Notes: a model not told the origin generated them from the sequence alone. A stretch of DNA of 39,842 nucleotides from Octopus bimaculoides (GCF_001194135.2 NC_069008.1:14473463-14513304), one strand, 5' to 3'. Counted from the stretch's first letter, positions 23,695 through 36,089 are shown. Translations and numbers: made by a program.

Positions 23695-24380
23695 TAACAT
23701 AAAAAGATCCAAGGCAGCGGTGAATAGTCTTCAGAACATTTATAAAGAGGCCTTACAGCTGTTTCCGGGATATTTTATATATCCCTTCATCAGAGACGGT
23801 GCGAGAAAATGTTTAAGTAATAGTTATAGAGATGATATGAAATACAGAGTGAAGTGGGGGAATGAAAACAGACGTGTGATACGTAAGGATATTGTATCTG
23901 CAGTTCCATTATTGAAGCAGAATGTTTTACATATAAGTTTTCTGTACCTTGTGTGTGAGATCCATTGGTGTTTATAATTGGTCATCCCAAGCATAGAGTC
24001 TTGTAAACGGTGTTATTCGATCGAGAGTTTTTTTTTTTTTGAAGTGACTTAAAAGTTGGCAATGTGTTTGTAAGGTCAAATCAAAAACAGGAAGAGAGAA
24101 AAATGGGGGAGCGAGACAATAATAAATAAATGAAGAAAGAGGTGTGCTAGCTAGTGGTCAGGATAAAATGATAGAAGAAAGGAAGTGATGAGGGGGACAG
24201 AGAGAGGAAGAGATGAGAGGGTAAAATGTAAAAGAGTGTGAGATATGTTGTGATAGAGCTAAAGGGATTGGACATAGAAAGTATAGAGAGAAGGTAAAGG
24301 TAGTAAAATTAAGGTGGAATGAAAAATGGGGAATATAAGTTAAGTTGCGTGAAAGGACAGGTTAGTGGTGAGTAGGAGAA
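23695..24380 (-). mobile_element. Pseudo-LTR/3' end of a second Penelope-like family
   Basis: Pyrimidine-rich on the minus strand, hammerhead near the terminus, ends at the shared (TA)n. Homologous to 2270-2400. No coding part visible. Confidence 0.6.
23750..23797 (-). ncRNA. Minimal type-I hammerhead ribozyme motif, intact core
   Basis: GUCU-CUGAUGA-A-GGGAUAU(AUAAA)AUAUCCC-G-GAAA-CAGCUG-UA-AGGC. Confidence 0.78.
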
Positions 24381-24980
24381 TTGAAGAATTTATATCTGTG
24401 AAGATGTATACACTCATACGTGTATATAAATATACATATGCATATACATACACACATATATATACATATATATAAACATACATACATATATATACACACA
24501 CACGTACACATATATATATATATATAAGACATACACATACATACACGAATATACATAAACTCATACATACGTGTATCTGTATGTATGAGTTTATGTATAT
24601 AAGTGTATGTATGTGTTATATATATATATATATATATNNNNNNNNNNNNNNNNNNNNNNNNNNNNNNNNNNNNNNNNNNNNNNNNNNNNNNNNNNNNNNN
24701 NNNNNNNNNNNNNNNNNNNNNNNNNNNNNNNNNNNNNNNNNNNNNNNNNNNNNNNNNNNNNNNNNNNNNNNNNNNNNNNNNNNNNNNNNNNNNNNNNNNN
24801 NNNNNNNNNNNNNNNNNNNNNNNNNNNNNNNNNNNNNNNNNNNNNNNNNNNNNNNNNNNNNNNNNNNNNNNNNNNNNNNNNNNNNNNNNNNNNNNNNNNN
24901 NNNNNNNNNNNNNNNNNNNNNNNNNNNNNNNNNNNNNNNNNNNNNNNNNNNNNNNNNNNNNNNNNNNNNNNNNNNNNNNN

Positions 24981-25130
24981 GATGCTTGAACGGAGATGTG
25001 TAGATTTGTGCTGCGTACAAGAAGTAAGGTGGAGAGGAGGTTCCGCTAGGTTCCTCACAGGCAAAGAACACAGGTACAAGATTTTCTGGGCAGGGAACAC
25101 AGACGGAGTCGGGGTCGGGGGCGTGGGTTG
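24981..25130 (+). mobile_element. RTE LINE endonuclease fragment
   Basis: MLERRCVDLCCVQEVRWRGGSARFLTGKEHRYKIFWAGNTDGVG..GVG. Confidence 0.85.
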
Positions 25131-25173
25131 TTTTGGTATGTGGATGTGTGAGTGTTTTTGTGTATGTTTTTTA

Positions 25174-25219
<46 letters not shown>

Positions 25220-25545
25220 ACGCGCGTGCGCGAAAAGACAGGTCAGTCGTAGCTGGAATATCTGACCATAAGTTTCTTCGATTGGGGATGTAACAAAAAC
25301 AAAAACAAAAGTAACAGTAACAAAAACAAAAGGATGATGTGGCCATAAAGACATTGTCTTCGTTTGGAATACGTTAAGTTGGATCAGAGTTGATCTGGTG
25401 TTTAAACAACATCACAAACTCTTGGTCACTTCATAATGCACACACACACACAATTACACAAACTCAAAAATCTTAACTCCCACACCCACTACTAATAATA
25501 TATAGGCGCACAGACAAAACGGAATGCGATAGAAAAAAATTAAAC

Positions 25546-26100
25546 ACTTACTTTCACTGAGGTTGAGGGCCGCCCCTACACTCTTTAGGTGGTTATGTGA
25601 GGAGTTGATCACAGGACTGTTCATTAATGCCACAATTTGCCTTTGCTGCCCCTCCTGTCTTCTACTGTCAATATTTTCCTCTATTAACCACAGCAGAGTC
25701 TATATATGTTAGGACACTTTATAAACGCTTGTACTTGCCACGGCTCTCACTCATGTGTTCTTTTATCAGTATTACTTACAGACTCACGTATATCCATCAA
25801 TGTCCAAAACCCATAGACTGTCCCCTGCTTTCAGTAGCATTCAATCAAATAAAGCTTGTTTACTTGTATGCCAGTATTTCTCCACTGAAGTGAAAACACA
25901 AAAGCTCCTTGAATTAATTGAGACATGCGCTTCACTAAACATACAGAAAATATAGCTGAATAGCTTCTGAAGCCGTTCTGATGTTAGTAATGACGTTGCT
26001 GCACTTTTTTCTGATGCTGACGTTATAGTATTAATGCCAGGTGGCTAGATCTTTTGTTGGTGTTTTTGTAGGTGGAGATGTAAAAGTTCCTCCTGAAGAT
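25546..26100 (-). other. Degenerate exon-like segment, paralogous to 2537-3200
   Basis: Collinear with 2537-3100; minus-strand donor GTAAGT at 25546-25551. Confidence 0.5.
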
Positions 26101-26213
26101 ATAGAGTTAAAATTAAAAGAAGAGTGCCGTTGTTATCGAGTGAACGATATTTCGACATCTCGTGTGTCTTCAACTGGTTCCAAAAATAAATTTGTCAATC
26201 TACTTCATTTTGG

Positions 26214-26216
<3 letters not shown>

Positions 26217-26307
<91 letters not shown>

Positions 26308-26314
26308 TTATAAC

Positions 26315-26343
<29 letters not shown>
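26217..26343. repeat. (TTA)n abutting (TAA)n microsatellite
   Basis: Direct reading. Confidence 0.92.
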
Positions 26344-26344
<1 letters not shown>

Positions 26345-26345
<1 letters not shown>

Positions 26346-26482
26346 CAACGGGCTGGCAGAATCGCTAGCATGCCAGAAGAAATGCTTAGCGGTATTTCGT
26401 CTGTCTTTACGTGATGGGTTCAAATTCCGCCGAGGTCGACTTTGTCTTTTATTCTTTCGGGGTCGATAAATTAAGTACCAGT
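26345..26482 (+). mobile_element. SINE, second family
   Basis: gggctggcagaatcgctagc...ttcaaattccgccgaggtcgactttg...ggggtcgataaattaagtacc; copies at 27567 and 30358. Confidence 0.82.
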
Positions 26483-26785
26483 AATCCGTTTAGTGTCGCA
26501 TATTCGGTCCGTCAAGGATGCCCACTCTCACCCCTTCTCTACGTACTGACACTCAAGTCATTATTGCGGAAGCTGGAGGTTTTGAGGGGCATCCCGTTTG
26601 AACTGGGATGAGGAAGGTTCGTGTCGGCGTATGCGGATGATGTCAACGTAATAGTGTCGGACACCTCAGAAGTCGGGATGGTCAGCGCTACCATAAGGGA
26701 ATACGAAGCGGTGACAGGAGCAATGATCAACTAGGAGAAGTCAGTGGGCCTTCAGCTCGGCACCTGGAGAGGCAGACCCGTGCCA
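26483..26785 (+). mobile_element. Tx1/L1-clade RT fragment
   Basis: SVRQGCPLSPLLYVL...VSAYADDVNVIVS...YEAVTGAMIN*EKSVGLQLGTW. Confidence 0.88.
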
Positions 26786-26789
26786 GAGA

Positions 26790-27530
26790 CAATATAATCT
26801 ATTGTTTCTTGTCCATCTCCACATATTCTGCAGTTACTTGTATTTCTTTCATTACATGTTTTTGGTAATTTCTGGCTGTGATCTTGTACTGCGATTAAAA
26901 ATCCTTTAGTTTCTGCTTTGAGTCCTGAGCTTCTCAGCCATTGTTGGGAATTTGCTTTGTCTATTTCTTTTCTGCTTAGTTTAACCCAGTATTTGCCATG
27001 AAGGGGCTTTACTTGCTACCGTTTTATCATGGTCCGTTGCTGTTCTAGTTTTAGTTTGGATTTCAGTTCTTTTACACCTTTTTCTTCATAGTTGTTAGAT
27101 ACTATGACTTCTTTCTTGTATTTGTCATCTTCCTTAAAAACTGAAAATAGTTTTTTGGTTTGCTCGTGCCTTGTGGCTTATTTGTACCAGTATTCCTTGC
27201 TTCTGAACTGGATATTTCTGTAATCGTATGGTGGTTATTTTTAATAGTTTTTTTTTTTTCGCTGTATAAGACCGCTACCACCTTCAGTACGTTGTATATA
27301 TAACCTTTCTGTTAGATTTTGGGTGGTGCATCCTAAATTCTGTCATTAAATTTCTTGTTTTCCTGTCTATCTTGATTAGTTCATTTATAGTCAAGTTAGA
27401 ACATTGTAGCTGTAACTTATAACTGGGACGGCTATAGTATTGATATCTATTATCTTGTTTTTAGCATTGAGCTCTGTTTCAGTATTAATCTAACTCGTCT
27501 ATAGTACTCTTTCCTTATCTCCTCTTTCAT
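26790..27530 (-). mobile_element. RLE-type LINE fragment
   Basis: Reverse complement overlaps the CRICGDG region of 19030-19250; WVKLSRKEIDKANSQQWLRSSGLKAETKGFLIAVQD. Confidence 0.78.
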
Positions 27531-27566
27531 TTGTGTTTTGTATCGTATCATCATCATCATCATTAT

Positions 27567-27805
27567 TAAGGCAACGAGCTGGTAGAATCGTTTGCGCGCC
27601 GGGCAAAATACTTAACGGTATTTTACCCGACGCCACGTTTTGAGTTCAAATTCCGCCGAGGTCGACTTCGCCTTTCATCCTTTCGGGGTCGATAAGTTAA
27701 GTACTCGTTGAGTACTGAGGTCGATGTATTGATGTTTAGTACTGGGGTTGACTGTCCCCCTTCCCACAAAATCCAGGCTTTGTACCTATACTAAAAAGGA
27801 CTATT
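27567..27805 (+). mobile_element. SINE, second family
   Basis: Same head and body as 26345-26482. Confidence 0.82.
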
Positions 27806-27954
27806 ATCGTTATCATCTTCATCATTATTTTTATTGAAAACTTTAAACAATGATAATTCATATTGATTTTAAATATGATTTTAAATTTTCGAAATTGCTG
27901 GCTTTGTGCCAAATTTTGAAATCAGTATGGATTATGAGTAAAAGTTTGGATAAA

Positions 27955-28700
27955 CGCTGTCTATTTATCTATCTACCAATCTATCTATCTATCTACCTAG
28001 CTAGTTAGCAACATATTTATTTATCTATCTTTTTACATACTTATTTATCTATTTATTGAACTTGAAAAATATAAAAAATGAAACAGGCCACGGTTAGAGA
28101 CTTTAAAGGATGTAAATAAAATATCAGCATGGAGTTTATCCGAAAGACATCAATGCAACATGTCTCAACTGGTTGCTATAGATCTATCAAATATTAAACA
28201 ATTCATCGTTAAATTCATTTGTCTATCAATCCATCTAACCAACTATTTATCGTTTTTATCTCCCAGAGAGACTTTCTTTCTATCAATGTACCAATCTATC
28301 TGTCTGCATGCCTGTCTCTGTTTGTAAGCTTACTTGTCTATCTATCTAACTGTCTGTCTATATATCTATCTACCTAGATGTCTATCTATCTCTCAATTTA
28401 TCTATCTCACTCTATATCTGTTTGTCTGTCTATCTTGTCTTGTTTATCTATCTGTCTATGTTTCTCTGTCTATCCATCTACCTTGCCATATCTATCTATC
28501 TGTCTGTCTGTCTATCAATCCATCCATCTCTCTATATGTCTGTCTGTCTATATATCTATCTATCTACCTAGATGTCTATCTATACATTTATCTATCTATC
28601 AATTTATTTATCTATTTGTCTGTCTATCTATCTATATATCTATCTGTGTGTTTGTTTATCTGTCTACCTATCTATCTATCTATCTATCTGTCTGTCTGTA
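27955..28700. repeat. (TCTA)/(TCTG)n compound microsatellite field
   Basis: Source of the SIYL-repeat ORFs. Confidence 0.9.
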
Positions 28701-28959
28701 CACAATCATTCACACTCGCACACATTCCGCACATTATTAGAGGAGATGAACAGACGAGACAATGTAGCACTCAACACATGTAGAGTTGTATGTGCTTAAT
28801 AACAGGTTGACTCAGTTCTTCGTTATTTAGAGTATCGTAGGAGCAAAACGTTCAAATGACTAGGAGCTAGAGTCTAACTCCCAGCGTCTGTTGATGTGGT
28901 TTCGGTTCCCACCCACGGAATTGAAGGCAATGTGCAGCTGAGCCAACCTAACATTTACA

Positions 28960-29125
28960 GGGAAGGTGATGGCCTCAGTTTTTAGCGGGATGCAAAAGGC
29001 ATTGTATTTATTGGCTCATTTCAAAAGAGCCACATCATCAGTGGAGAGTAGTATACCAACTTGCTGAAGCAGTCACAAAAGGTTATCAAGACCAAATGCC
29101 CAGGAAAACTGACAAAAGGGGTTAG
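28960..29125 (+). mobile_element. Mariner catalytic-domain fragment
   Basis: GKVMASVF..DAKGIVFI..., VIKTKCPGKLTKGV. Confidence 0.78.
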
Positions 29126-29129
29126 ATAT

Positions 29130-29345
29130 TTTAACCCTTTAGCATTCAGATTGTTGTCAAATGATCTACTTATTTATTCACATTGTTTCGAATTAGTCAT
29201 GCATTATCTCATAAATTCAAGATTTTGATGGTGAGGTTAATTTTAGAATGACATTGCCTCGTAGGTGCAAGAGGCTGGATCTAGGCAAAAAAAAAAAAGT
29301 TGAATATTTTGGCTGAATATAGATGGTTTAAATGCTAATGGGTGA
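29130..29345. mobile_element. MITE with TTAACCCTTTAGCATT-type termini (piggyBac-like ends)
   Basis: ttaaccctttagcattc ... tttaaatgctaatgggtgaa; an interrupted second copy lies at 33330-33760. Confidence 0.7.
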
Positions 29346-29955
29346 AGCATTTCAGAGGAAATTCCTGATGGACAAGTGTGTTTCCCAGTTTTGATGTTTT
29401 TAATCAATCTAGCTATAACCCTGTTGTCAACAAGAATGGCTGAACCCTCTATCAGTTTCACATTAGGAAGACCCTCTTTCTCCCATTCATTCTGTACATT
29501 TATTAACCCTTCATGTCTTTGGTCCTCACACTATAGAACATTGGCTAAGCTCTTGTCTGCTTCTCACCCTTACTAAACAGACCTGTCTCCTAGCAACCTG
29601 GTAAAGTTCTCCGCTGCCTCTATCATTCTAAGCTTGTCCCTTCGCTGTTCCACTACCTCATATTCTTGACTTGGATGGAATTTTACACCTGCCACAGATT
29701 CATCCTGCAGCCCTCAATACACTGTTGCACAAGAACTTCCAGTTGTTCCGTTATACATCTATCTCCTCCTCCTTTTCGCCAAATGCTTTAATTAATACAC
29801 CCCTAAATCTCTGTTTAAAAGACCCTGAGATCAGTTTGTGTCTAACACTTTCTAGCTTTAAACCCAATGTCATGAAACTAACATTGTTGGAAAGTACATT
29901 CTTCATCAGCGAATGACTTTATATTCCCAAGCATCTGCCTATACTGTTTTCTAGA
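29346..29955 (-). mobile_element. RTE LINE fragment (EN-RT linker)
   Basis: IKNIKTGKHTCPSGISSEML and the upstream linker. Confidence 0.72.
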
Positions 29956-30357
29956 GATAATGTAATCAACCTGACTTGTGTGCCCACAAGATTCACAGGT
30001 GATCAAGTGGCTGGTAGATTTCCTGAACTTAATATTGACAGAACTAGAGGGGGGTTGAGAAAGATCAGAATCATCTCCAAAACATCTTTTCTCAATTTTA
30101 TGAAGATAAAATTTGTCTGGACCCTCATAAACTTACAACTGTAAAACTTAATTTTAAAATGTATTCTTCAGAAAGCAATAAGGAAACAATTTGGTGTAGG
30201 GCACTAAAACATGTTTATACCTCAAGTTGTTCCTTTGTGGTCCTTTCCATTTTGTACTACTGGTCATTGTGAACATATTTGACAACTTACGGTATCCCTG
30301 TGCATGGAGAAGCCACAACTTACGTTATTGTTAATATATTTAATCCTTTCTACTATA

Positions 30358-30540
30358 GGCACAAGGCCTGAAATTTGGTGGAAGGGGGCCAGTCAATTAG
30401 ATCAAGTGCAATACTGAACTGGTATTTAATTTATCAACCTCAAAAGGATGAAAGTCGACCTCAGTGGAATTTGAACTCAAACTTAAAGACAGACAGCGTT
30501 TCGCCCAGGGTGCTAACAATTCCGCCAGCATGTTGCCTTT
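30358..30540 (-). mobile_element. SINE, second family
   Basis: Reverse complement of the 26345 family. Confidence 0.75.
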
Positions 30541-31067
30541 TTAACATATTTAATGTTTGAAGCATTTAAAAGTTAATAAAGAATAAATTTACAGCAAACT
30601 GGGGAAATGATATTCAACAAAGAACCATGTTTAGGGTTTCCTGGAAAAGGAGTTTCAGTCGCTACATCATGAGAAAGGAAAAGAGTATGGAAGTGAGAGG
30701 ACTGGCTGAAAGGATATAAAAGACAAAATTTAAAAAAAAAAAGGGATTTTTGGAAATACATTATTTTCATTGTCAGAATCTCCATTACATAAAACATAGG
30801 AATATCCAAAAGGAAAAAGAAATTAAAAACAGAAAACACAAACTACTCTTTTCTTTTTCTTCTGTATGAACACATTTGTCTGCAGATAATTTACTACTTT
30901 CAATGAATGATTTAACCTCTTAACATATTAACCCATATATTTTCATCCAGAGATGTCTGGTAAATATACATTTGAACAAAAATATACGTTCACTGTACTC
31001 CGAGGCATATGTCACTTATTTCTAACCTGAAATACTTTGTTCAGGATGTTATTCCTGTTTACTGTCA

Positions 31068-32648
31068 TTAACTATCAGTAACTTCATCATAAATCATAAC
31101 TGAACCGAAACAATTTGTGTACTTATTTTTCATTATGTACAGATTCAAAATAAATAATAAAAAATATATATTTTTTTGCATGGAAATTGAAAAACAAAAT
31201 GTGTATGTTAAGAGGTTAACATATCCATAGGAATGTGGCTTCTCTCCTGTATGTATACATTTGTGTTTCGTTAAGCTACTATTTTGAGAGAATGATTTAC
31301 CACAGATATCACAGTGATATGGTTTTTCTCCTGTATGAATACGTGTGTGTACAGTTAAGTGACTATTTTGAGAGAATGATTTACTACAAATATTGCATCG
31401 ATATGGCATTTCTCCTGTGTGAATACGTTTGTGTCTAGTTAAGTGACTACTGTTGGAGAACAATTTACCACAGATATCACAGTGATATGGCTTCTCTCCT
31501 GTATGAATACGATTGTGTTTAGTCAAGTCACTATTTTGAGAGAATAATTTACCACAGATTTCACAGTGATATGGCTTATCCTTTGTATGAATACGTCTGT
31601 GTGAAGTTAAGGTACTATTTTGAGAGAATGATTTACTACAAATATCACATTGATATGGCATTTCTCCTGTGTGAATAAATTTGTGTCTAGTTAAGTGACT
31701 ACTGTTGGAGAACAATTTACCACAGACATCACAGTGATAGGGTTTTTCTCCTGTATGAAAAAATTTGTGTTGAGCTAAGTTACCATTTTGAGAGAATGAT
31801 TTACCACAGATATCACACTGATATGGTTTTTCTCTTGAATGAATATGTTTGTGTGCAGTTAAAGCACTACGTTTAGTGAATGATTTATCACAGATATCAC
31901 AGTGAAATGGTTTCTCTCCTGTATGAATACGTCTGTGTGAAATTAAGGTACTATTTTGCGAGAATGATTTACCACAGATATCACAGTGATACGGCATCTC
32001 TCCTGTATGAATACGTTTGTGTTTAGTTAAGTGATTACTGTGAGAGAATAGTCTACCACAGACAACACACTGATATGGCTTCTCTCCTGTATGAATACGT
32101 CTATGAGTTGTTAAGTGACTACTCTGAGAAAATGATGTGCCACAGATATCACAATGATATGGCTTCTCTTTTGTATGAACACGCATGTGTACAATTAAAG
32201 TATTATTTACAGAGAAAGATTTACCACAGATATCACAATGATATGGCTTCTCTCCAGAATGAATTCGTTTGTGTGGAGTTAATTTACTACTTTGAGAGAA
32301 TGATTGACCACAGATATCACAGTAATATGGCTTCTCCCCTGTATGAATACGTTTGTGAGAATATAGATTACTTTTTTGAGAAAAGGACTTATTACAGATG
32401 TCACAATGAGAGAGCATCTCTCCTGTATGAATACGTTTGTGTTTAGCTATGTTACTATGGTAAATGAAAGATTTACCACAGATATCACAGTGATATGGCA
32501 TCTTTCCTGTATGAATATGTTTGTGTGTAGTAAGGTTTCTTTTCTGAGAGAAGGACTTATTACAGACATCACAGTCATATAAATTTTTTCTCTTTTTGAT
32601 CATGTTCTCTGGTAAAATAAATTCCTCAAGTTTCTCATTCTTTTCCAT
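31068..32648 (-). CDS. Tandem C2H2 zinc-finger protein, 16 fingers
   Basis: 16 consecutive C-x2-C-x12-H-x3-H units with TGEKP/TGEMP linkers. First ATG at 32648 (the track start at 32663 is TTG). The last ~50 codons after finger 16 look like low-information AT-rich read-through. Confidence 0.95.
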   Translation of the reverse strand: MEKNEKLEEFILPENMIKKRKNLYDCDVCNKSFSQKRNLTTHKHIHTGKMPYHCDICGKSFIYHSNIAKHKRIHTGEMLSHCDICNKSFSQKSNLYSHKRIHTGEKPYYCDICGQSFSQSSKLTPHKRIHSGEKPYHCDICGKSFSVNNTLIVHMRVHTKEKPYHCDICGTSFSQSSHLTTHRRIHTGEKPYQCVVCGRLFSHSNHLTKHKRIHTGEMPYHCDICGKSFSQNSTLISHRRIHTGEKPFHCDICDKSFTKRSALTAHKHIHSREKPYQCDICGKSFSQNGNLAQHKFFHTGEKPYHCDVCGKLFSNSSHLTRHKFIHTGEMPYQCDICSKSFSQNSTLTSHRRIHTKDKPYHCEICGKLFSQNSDLTKHNRIHTGEKPYHCDICGKLFSNSSHLTRHKRIHTGEMPYRCNICSKSFSQNSHLTVHTRIHTGEKPYHCDICGKSFSQNSSLTKHKCIHTGEKPHSYGYVNLLTYTFCFSISMQKNIYFLLFILNLYIMKNKYTNCFGSVMIYDEVTDS

Positions 32649-33329
32649 TATTTCCCTTCTCAAATCACCATGTATTTTCCTTGCTTTTGTCCTTGTAGTT
32701 TACTCTTACAAATACTTCCACTGTTGTATTTCTGTCCACTGTTACCTTTCTCTCAGAATTCGTTTGTTAAGTTTTTTGAAGATTCATTTGCATACAAACT
32801 CATCTTCAAAACAATTCAGTCAGAGATGTTCAGAAATATTGCTAATAATCTCAGGTCAGAGCAAATATTTTATAGGAATTCTACCATAGATTTAGAGAAA
32901 GTCTTATATATCTCCTCTGTATAACATTTTCCTTTGGTCTTTAAAAGATGATAAATATTGAGACTAAATCTTCGGTTATGCCAATGTCATTCGATATTCT
33001 GAAATAACAAAGAAATAACAGTGTAAGATAAAGAGACTACATAAAAGAAGAGATTCAACAGTGGAAAATTTATAAATTTTCTATAGATATAAACTTTAGA
33101 AATATACATTTACCTGAACCACTGAACTTTTTAATTTATTGTAATTTACATTACAGAATTTTGTGTGAAGCTTACATATTTGCAAACAACAACTACACCT
33201 TCACATTGTGTAACGATATTTAGATTAAACAACAGAATAATGGACAATGACAATATTTTCTCTCCTGAAATATAATTTGACATTGTTGTTTAGCCCTGAG
33301 ACAGCTCTAGTCTAGCAAAGATTTGATTA

Positions 33330-33760
33330 AACTCCAAGTATTTAGATTAATCGTCAAATCTGATGCTTACTTTATTCACATTGTCTTGAATTAATCACAC
33401 ACCATCTCGTAGCTTCAATATTTCAATGATGCAACTGTCTATTTTTAGAATAACAGCTCAGGGAAGGTGTGAGAGCCTGAATCTGGCTGGTTTGAACATA
33501 AAACAAGTAGAACATTTAGACTAGACATCATCGTCATTGTTTAGCATCCACCTTCCATGCTGGCATGGGTTGGATGGTTTGACAGGAGCTGGCCAGGCGG
33601 GAGTGTCTGTGTCTGTTTTTGCACAGTTTTTATGGCTAAATACCCTTCTTAACAGAGTGGACTGAGTACTTTTTACATGGCACAAGCACAGATGAGGTCA
33701 ATTTTGGCATGGTTTTTGCAGCTGGATGACCTTTGGCCAGTTTAAATGCTAAAGGGTTGA
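33330..33760. mobile_element. Same MITE as 29130-29345, interrupted by a SINE-tail insertion (~33530-33730)
   Basis: Body collinear with 29150-29300; terminus tttaaatgctaaagggttgaa. Confidence 0.65.
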
Positions 33761-34014
33761 AGATATTCCATCCATGAACATCCTCTCTTTTACTCTAGGA
33801 CTCTTTTACTCATGGTATATCTAGGACCACATCAAACAATACAGTCTTCAATGTTTTTGACTGACAGGTGATATTCAAGGGAGAGGTGCTGCTATTTCTA
33901 ATAGATCGTGTGACCCAATAGAGAGCTATGATCAAACACCAAGTTGTTTTTAAAGGTCCAATAATTTTTATGACAGATCAAACAAAAAAAAAAAACATTG
34001 ATGAAAAATATAAC

Positions 34015-34370
34015 TGGCCTGGCAGGCAGTGGTCAAGACGTTTGACTCCCAACCATGTGATTTTGGTTGCAGCATCTTCAATAAGTACCTTCTGCTATAG
34101 CATCAGTGCAACCAAAGCTCTCTGAGTGGATTTGGTAGTTGGAAACTGAAAGAAGACTGTCATATGTGTCTGTGAGTGTATTCTTGTTCCCACATCCTAT
34201 GATAGATGTAACCAAGCATCAAAATGTCATTTGATTCCCATTTTCCATGAAAGCATGTCTTGACATGGATGAATATTACCTTGCTTGGGAGGTGACAGTA
34301 AGGACACCTCGCTCAAACTTCTGCCTCTATGAATTCTGACTGAGCCAGGCAAGCATGGAAAAGGTGCCTT
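34015..34370 (+). mobile_element. Diverged tRNA-derived SINE
   Basis: Decayed head, ggatttggtag.tggaaactgaaagaag core, caagcatggaaaag tail. Confidence 0.6.
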
Positions 34371-34865
34371 TTCAAATCATAAGATGACTTAATTATATTT
34401 CATTTATGGAGGAGATTCTCTCAGCATGGACTTCTTTTGCAGAATGTCATCATTGTCATCATCACTGTTTTCCTGGACATGGGTTACACAGAAGATTGGA
34501 AGAGAATGACACTGTCCATATAAGTAACACTCATTTACAACTCTAACATTATGTGAGTGCAAAGACACGCAAACACACACACATATATGATGAGCTTCTT
34601 TAAGTTTCCATTTCCTAANNNNNNNNNNNNNNNNNNNNNNNNNNNNNNNNNNNNNNNNNNNNNNNNNNNNNNNNNNNNNNNNNNNNNNNNNNNNNNNNNN
34701 NNNNNNNNNNNNNNNNNNNNNNNNNNNNNNNNNNNNNNNNNNNNNNNNNNNNNNNNNNNNNNNNNNNNNNNNNNNNNNNNNNNNNNNNNNNNNNNNNNNN
34801 NNNNNNNNNNNNNNNNNNNNNNNNNNNNNNNNNNNNNNNNNNNNNNNNNNNNNNACCACTTTTAG

Positions 34866-35192
34866 TTGAACAAATTCACCCCAGAACTTATTCTTTGTAA
34901 GCCTAGTACTTATTCTATCAGACTCTTTTGCCGAACTGCTAAGTTACGTGGACGTAAACACACCAGCATCGGTTGTCAAGTGATGAAGGGAGGACAAACA
35001 CAGATAGACACACTAACATATACATCTATACAACAGGCTTCTTTCAGTTTCTGCCTACCAAATCCACTCACAAGGCTCTGGTTGGCCTGACACTATAGTA
35101 GAAGACACTTGCCCAAGGTGCCATGTAGTGGAACTGAACCCAGAACCATGTGGTAAGTAAGCAAGCTACTTAGTACACAAACACTCCTGCGC
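34866..35192 (-). mobile_element. tRNA-derived SINE
   Basis: Reverse complement of the 16587 family. Confidence 0.85.
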
Positions 35193-36089
35193 CTATATAT
35201 ATATATATATATATAAATATATATATATATCATCATCATCATTGTCGTTTAACGTCCGCTTTCCATGCTAGCATAGACGATTTGACTGAGGACTGGTGGA
35301 TATATATATATATAACCATAAAAAACAATCAAGATTATTTTCATTTCTTTTCAGTTCAGGTACATATCTATTCATATATCTGACTCACCTACATGTGTAT
35401 GTATCAATTTGTTTAATTAAGCATCCTGTCTCCTTTCCCTTCTACCACTGTTGTATCTCCCTACACCTATATAAGCATTTAAACCTGATAAAAAAAATGA
35501 TGATATCCCAGCATGGCCATAGCCTTCAATCTGGGTAAATCCACAACTATTTGCTCAGGTTATTTCCCTTTAGTTTAACTACCTATCGATGTATCTTTTA
35601 AGCTATAGAGTTCCATGGCATTTTATTATGCTAAATATTTCTACCGTGCTCACGATTTGAAAACACAACATAGACCTTCTCCTACTCTTTCACTTTTGTG
35701 GGGGNNNNNNNNNNTTTTCGTTGACTTATCGCCCCTCCTCCTCTATAGGCATATTTTTCTCCATTCGGGTTATTACCTCCCTTGACGTAAACGTAACATG
35801 GACAAAATTGACAGCAAAACTGAGAACATTATAGATAATGTCTTATCTTCGTGTTTTTATTCTTTTTCATATGGGTCGCCCTGTCTTTCCCCACAAACAT
35901 TAACGTTCACCTTAACGTGACACAATTCATACATATGAAATTAACTCTAATAATTAAAAACATTGAGTAGGTGATGTTTTTTTTTTTAAATATGTTACCC
36001 CCGACTGAGAAACAGGTTTATATCTACATACGTTCATACATGGTGGTTGTCTACTCCTTATGCAGAATCTGACCACGCCTTGTACTTAC

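Noticed and set aside
25552-26030. Calling the duplicated segment an NMDA/iGluR, MDH, WD40 or RT pseudogene
   Set aside because: Each resemblance rests on fewer than ten scattered residues and they fall in different frames; none can be supported without a profile search.
28334-28799. SIYL/YLSI-repeat and HT/VC-repeat ORFs (also 1623-2015, 24340-24568, 26162-26414)
   Set aside because: These are translations of microsatellites.
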